Made by a program: the position numbers and the translations under genes
In this document: positions 60,888 to 64,000 of the stretch, in pieces
Numbering within the stretch: position 1 is the first letter of the stretch
Layout: each line of letters starts with the position of its first letter
The notes under the pieces: model-generated
The model's input: only the letters and a program-made list of their open reading frames with translations
Databases searched by the model: none
Told to the model about the DNA's origin: nothing
NCBI GenBank assembly: GCA_965112155.1
Contig: OZ218101.1
Direction: 5' to 3' (one strand)
From: Podarcis liolepis
Taxonomy: Eukaryota
DNA length: 64,000 nt

Positions 60888-62293
60888 TTCAAGGCTTCTA
60901 AAACTCCAAACAAACATGTTTTTGTGTATGTGTGTGTGAAATACGAAAAAGAAATACTAATAATACCACTATAAGATTACATAAGTGATTCAGCAAACAA
61001 CAGGACAGCAGATCAGCAAAACAGAAGAGTAAAAAAACAACAACCACCCTCTTCAGCCAAATGCCTGGTGGGGAAAAAGTATCCTTGTTTCCTCTAACTA
61101 TCTCTTTGAGAGTTTATTTACAAAGGGAGATTGCTTTTTTAGGGTGCCACAACTTTAAGGAAATGTCCTCTGCACATAAACTTTGCCCTTCTATTTGAGG
61201 GACTTATTTTTGTTACTGCTTCAGTTGCTATTGCACAGCAAACACCACAAGGGGCAACCCTGCCATGTCCCTCTACATGTTATCAGTCATTATTATATCC
61301 AATCCATTTGCCCGATAACTGCTATAGATTGTGTAAATTTGTGTATTTCAGCTCACTAGCCTTTTGCCATGTTCTGACTACAGTAATACAGTTGTACCAG
61401 ACATCCGCACGCCAATCTATCCAAGGCTTTAGAAACGTCTCAGGAGGGTAAAGCTGCCAGTTTTGCTAATTTTCCTCCCACGGCTAATGATGTTTATTGC
61501 TGTCCACACTGACTCCCCTAGCTGGGGACATGGGGACATTACTGTAACTATCTTGACATTGACTTCTACATTTTAGTTGTCTACCTCTACGTTTCTGTTC
61601 TCCCTCTCTGATGTTTTCGTCTGAGTCTCCTTTTGACATCTGAATTTGTACATGGCAAAAGCGGCAAGCCCTTTGAGCTCCTGTCTAGTTAACTTGGGAA
61701 CCCAAATGTGTGTGGTTGGTATGAGTGGTACTGTTCTCTGGAAAACCTGAAGAGAACTGAAGTCTAGAGTGGCAGCCATTTTTAGTTTCGTTGTAGTAAG
61801 AAGTTTATCTGTGTCATTGCTTTGCAAAGTTTGCAGCAAAGATTACATGGTGTTAGAAGAGAAATTGAAAGCAAAGCAGCAAATGATAAAAAAGAAAAAA
61901 TACCCAGCTAAACACTCCTGCAAAATGTTTGAAGAAAAGGCAGCAGAGAACTGGATAAGGTGGAGACTAGAGTTTGAATTGCACTCTCTTGTAAGTGGAG
62001 CAGATAAGGAAGATAAGAGAGACTTCAGTGAGTGCTTGTTCTTCATGTGGCAGGTAAAGAAGCAGCAGCAGTATTTGATCCCTTTCAGTTTGATGATGAC
62101 AATGCAGATAAGAGAAGCATTCAGGTTTTGATTAATAAATGTGAAACATACTGCACGCAAAGAAGGAGGATTGCATATGAAAGGCACATATTTTTCACAG
62201 GACTGGAAGTGAATTATAGAGTGAAATCCACAAGTCCACTTAAACAGCGCTAAATTAGTCCAACCCAAACCAGATTTACTGCTTGTTAGCTAC

Positions 62294-62537
62294 AGAGCCA
62301 GTGTGGTGTAGTGGTTAAGGGCAGTGGACTTGTAATCTGGTGAAATGGGTTCGCATCTCTGCTCCTCCACATGCAGCTGCTGGGTGACCTTGGGCTAGTC
62401 ACACTTCTCTGAAGTCTCTCAGCCTCACTCACCTCACAGAGTGTTTGTTGTGTGGGAGGAAGGGAAAGGAGATTGTTAGCCACTTTGAGACTCCTAAGGG
62501 TAGTGATAAAGCGGGATATCAAATCCAAACTCCTCCT
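62294..62537 (+). mobile_element. Squam3-like tRNA/CORE SINE
   Basis: Full-length match to 39031-39260. Confidence 0.85.
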
Positions 62538-62560
62538 ACCGGAAATCAGGATATTTACAT

Positions 62561-63262
62561 TGATATAGGAAAATAGGGGTGGTTGGCTTTTGCTGCTCAA
62601 CTCCCCAAGGGACTGAGTCCCCTAAGTCCTTGATCGGTCAGAGATGAATGGATGGAAACAGGATGCAGTGAAAGCAAGGCAGATCTTTATTTTTCTGTTG
62701 CAACAGAGATCCCCCCCACTTCTAGCAAGGAGGCAAGAGAGACCCAGAACCAAGAAGAAACATCTCTTTTAAGGATTTGCATTTTGGCATGGAGAAGAAG
62801 GACATCACCTCTACAGACAGTCAGAAATTACATCACACATAAGGTGGGGTTACTGTGGCTCAGGCAGGCCAAGGTGTGGTATTCCTGAGGATTTAGCAAG
62901 TTTTACATAGTTCCAGACACAGTTTACACACAAAAATAGCATTTGTAAGACAATCAGGATGCCAGTCAGACATCCCTCAATGCAGAGCATCTGACCAAAC
63001 AATGGCAATTAATACAAAGGAGGTTCATAGATATAGGAGAGGAATCCCTTCAGGAACTTCCCCTGATTGCTATCTGCCTACATGTTCTCAGGCAAGGCGG
63101 ATTAAGGAGGCAGAGGAAATAAGTCTTCAGGAGAGCAAAGAGGGTTTTTGGATTGCTCTCTTGTACTGTTTTAGACGTGGTTTATATATTTCTGTATATG
63201 TGTTTACCTTGTGCAATTATCAACATTTATTCTCTATTTGAGACCTTAGAATTCCTATAACA
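62561..63262 (-). mobile_element. Solo LTR (~700 bp, ERV-like)
   Basis: Inverted termini tgatatagga / tcctataaca, near-TSD acat/atat and a minus-strand AATAAA at 62686-62691. Confidence 0.65.
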
Positions 63263-64000
63263 ATATACTCAATATATTGTCAATAAAAACAATAAAATAG
63301 ATACATACAAAATATGTTATACTATACATTAATATAATTAAAATTATGCTACTGCAGAAACTCTTTGACATATACCAATATATATTATCTAAAACTGTAA
63401 ACAAGTTCCATAAAGGCAATTTAACAAATCTGGCAGCTTTTGTACATCACATAATATGAATAGCCAATATGAATCTTATTTTACTTAAAGGAGAGTTATT
63501 TCTAATCCCAACAATAAGGGGCTTGAAATATTGGATGCTCAGATCTAAATACAAAGGGCGTTCCAGTAAAAAAGAAAAGAAAAGTGTATCGTGTCTTCTA
63601 CCTTCGAACATCTGGCTGGGCAATGTCTGGCTACCCCATGCTGAACACGACAGCATCCCTCAACCTCTGTCAACTGTCAGGCATTCAGTCTGCATTGAGT
63701 CAAAAGCCATGCCAACTCACATGAGCAACTAAAAGGCAAATATGGAGGCAATTTCCCACGAAGGACTGCAAATGTTTGATAAATGTAATTGAAATTATGA
63801 GGGCGCTCAGTTGGAATTTCAGTTAGTAGGTTTTGATGTCAGGCCGTATTGAATCTAAGAGCCACGATTAATTTAAATTTGCTACAAGGAGTTGATGTAA
63901 TAGAAATAGGATCAGTGGGATGCTCATACATATTACAAAGTTGTGTCTCCGGGAGTTTCTTGCTTATAAAGAAAATATTCCATAAAAGGAAAACCCTACA

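Noticed and set aside
58199-64000. Next expected short AFF3 exon, and ORFs 61769-62131 and 61843-62268
   Set aside because: No convincing AFF-like exon was found by eye, so it is probably beyond the window. The ORFs lack recognisable homology.

Overview
Eukaryotic, repeat-rich vertebrate DNA. The repeat content (Sauria/Squam1, Squam2 and Squam3 SINEs, a BovB LINE) points to a squamate, most likely a lacertid lizard. The window appears to lie inside one long + strand gene of the AF4/FMR2 (AFF) family, most likely AFF3. Only two small phase-0 coding exons are visible: 39430-39474 (DNGGGDDSCVEEILR) and 58112-58198 ([29 protein letters not shown]). Together they encode the segment homologous to the ELL-binding region of AFF1/AFF4. 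The rest is intron containing a 5'-truncated BovB LINE with a nested Sauria SINE, other SINEs, CR1/L2/RTE remnants, many hAT and Tc1/mariner MITEs with clear TSDs, two solo LTRs, candidate HOX/PBX-rich enhancers, CTCF-like motifs and a 164-N gap. The most unusual object is a very young, non-coding Penelope-like element in a (TA)n tract (8547-9522). It carries three identical minimal type I hammerhead ribozyme motifs: two in AFF3 sense with predicted cleavage sites 658 nt apart, and one inverted copy that folds the first into a perfect 113-bp hairpin. Repeat family names and the gene call come from recognition of the sequence, not from database searches.
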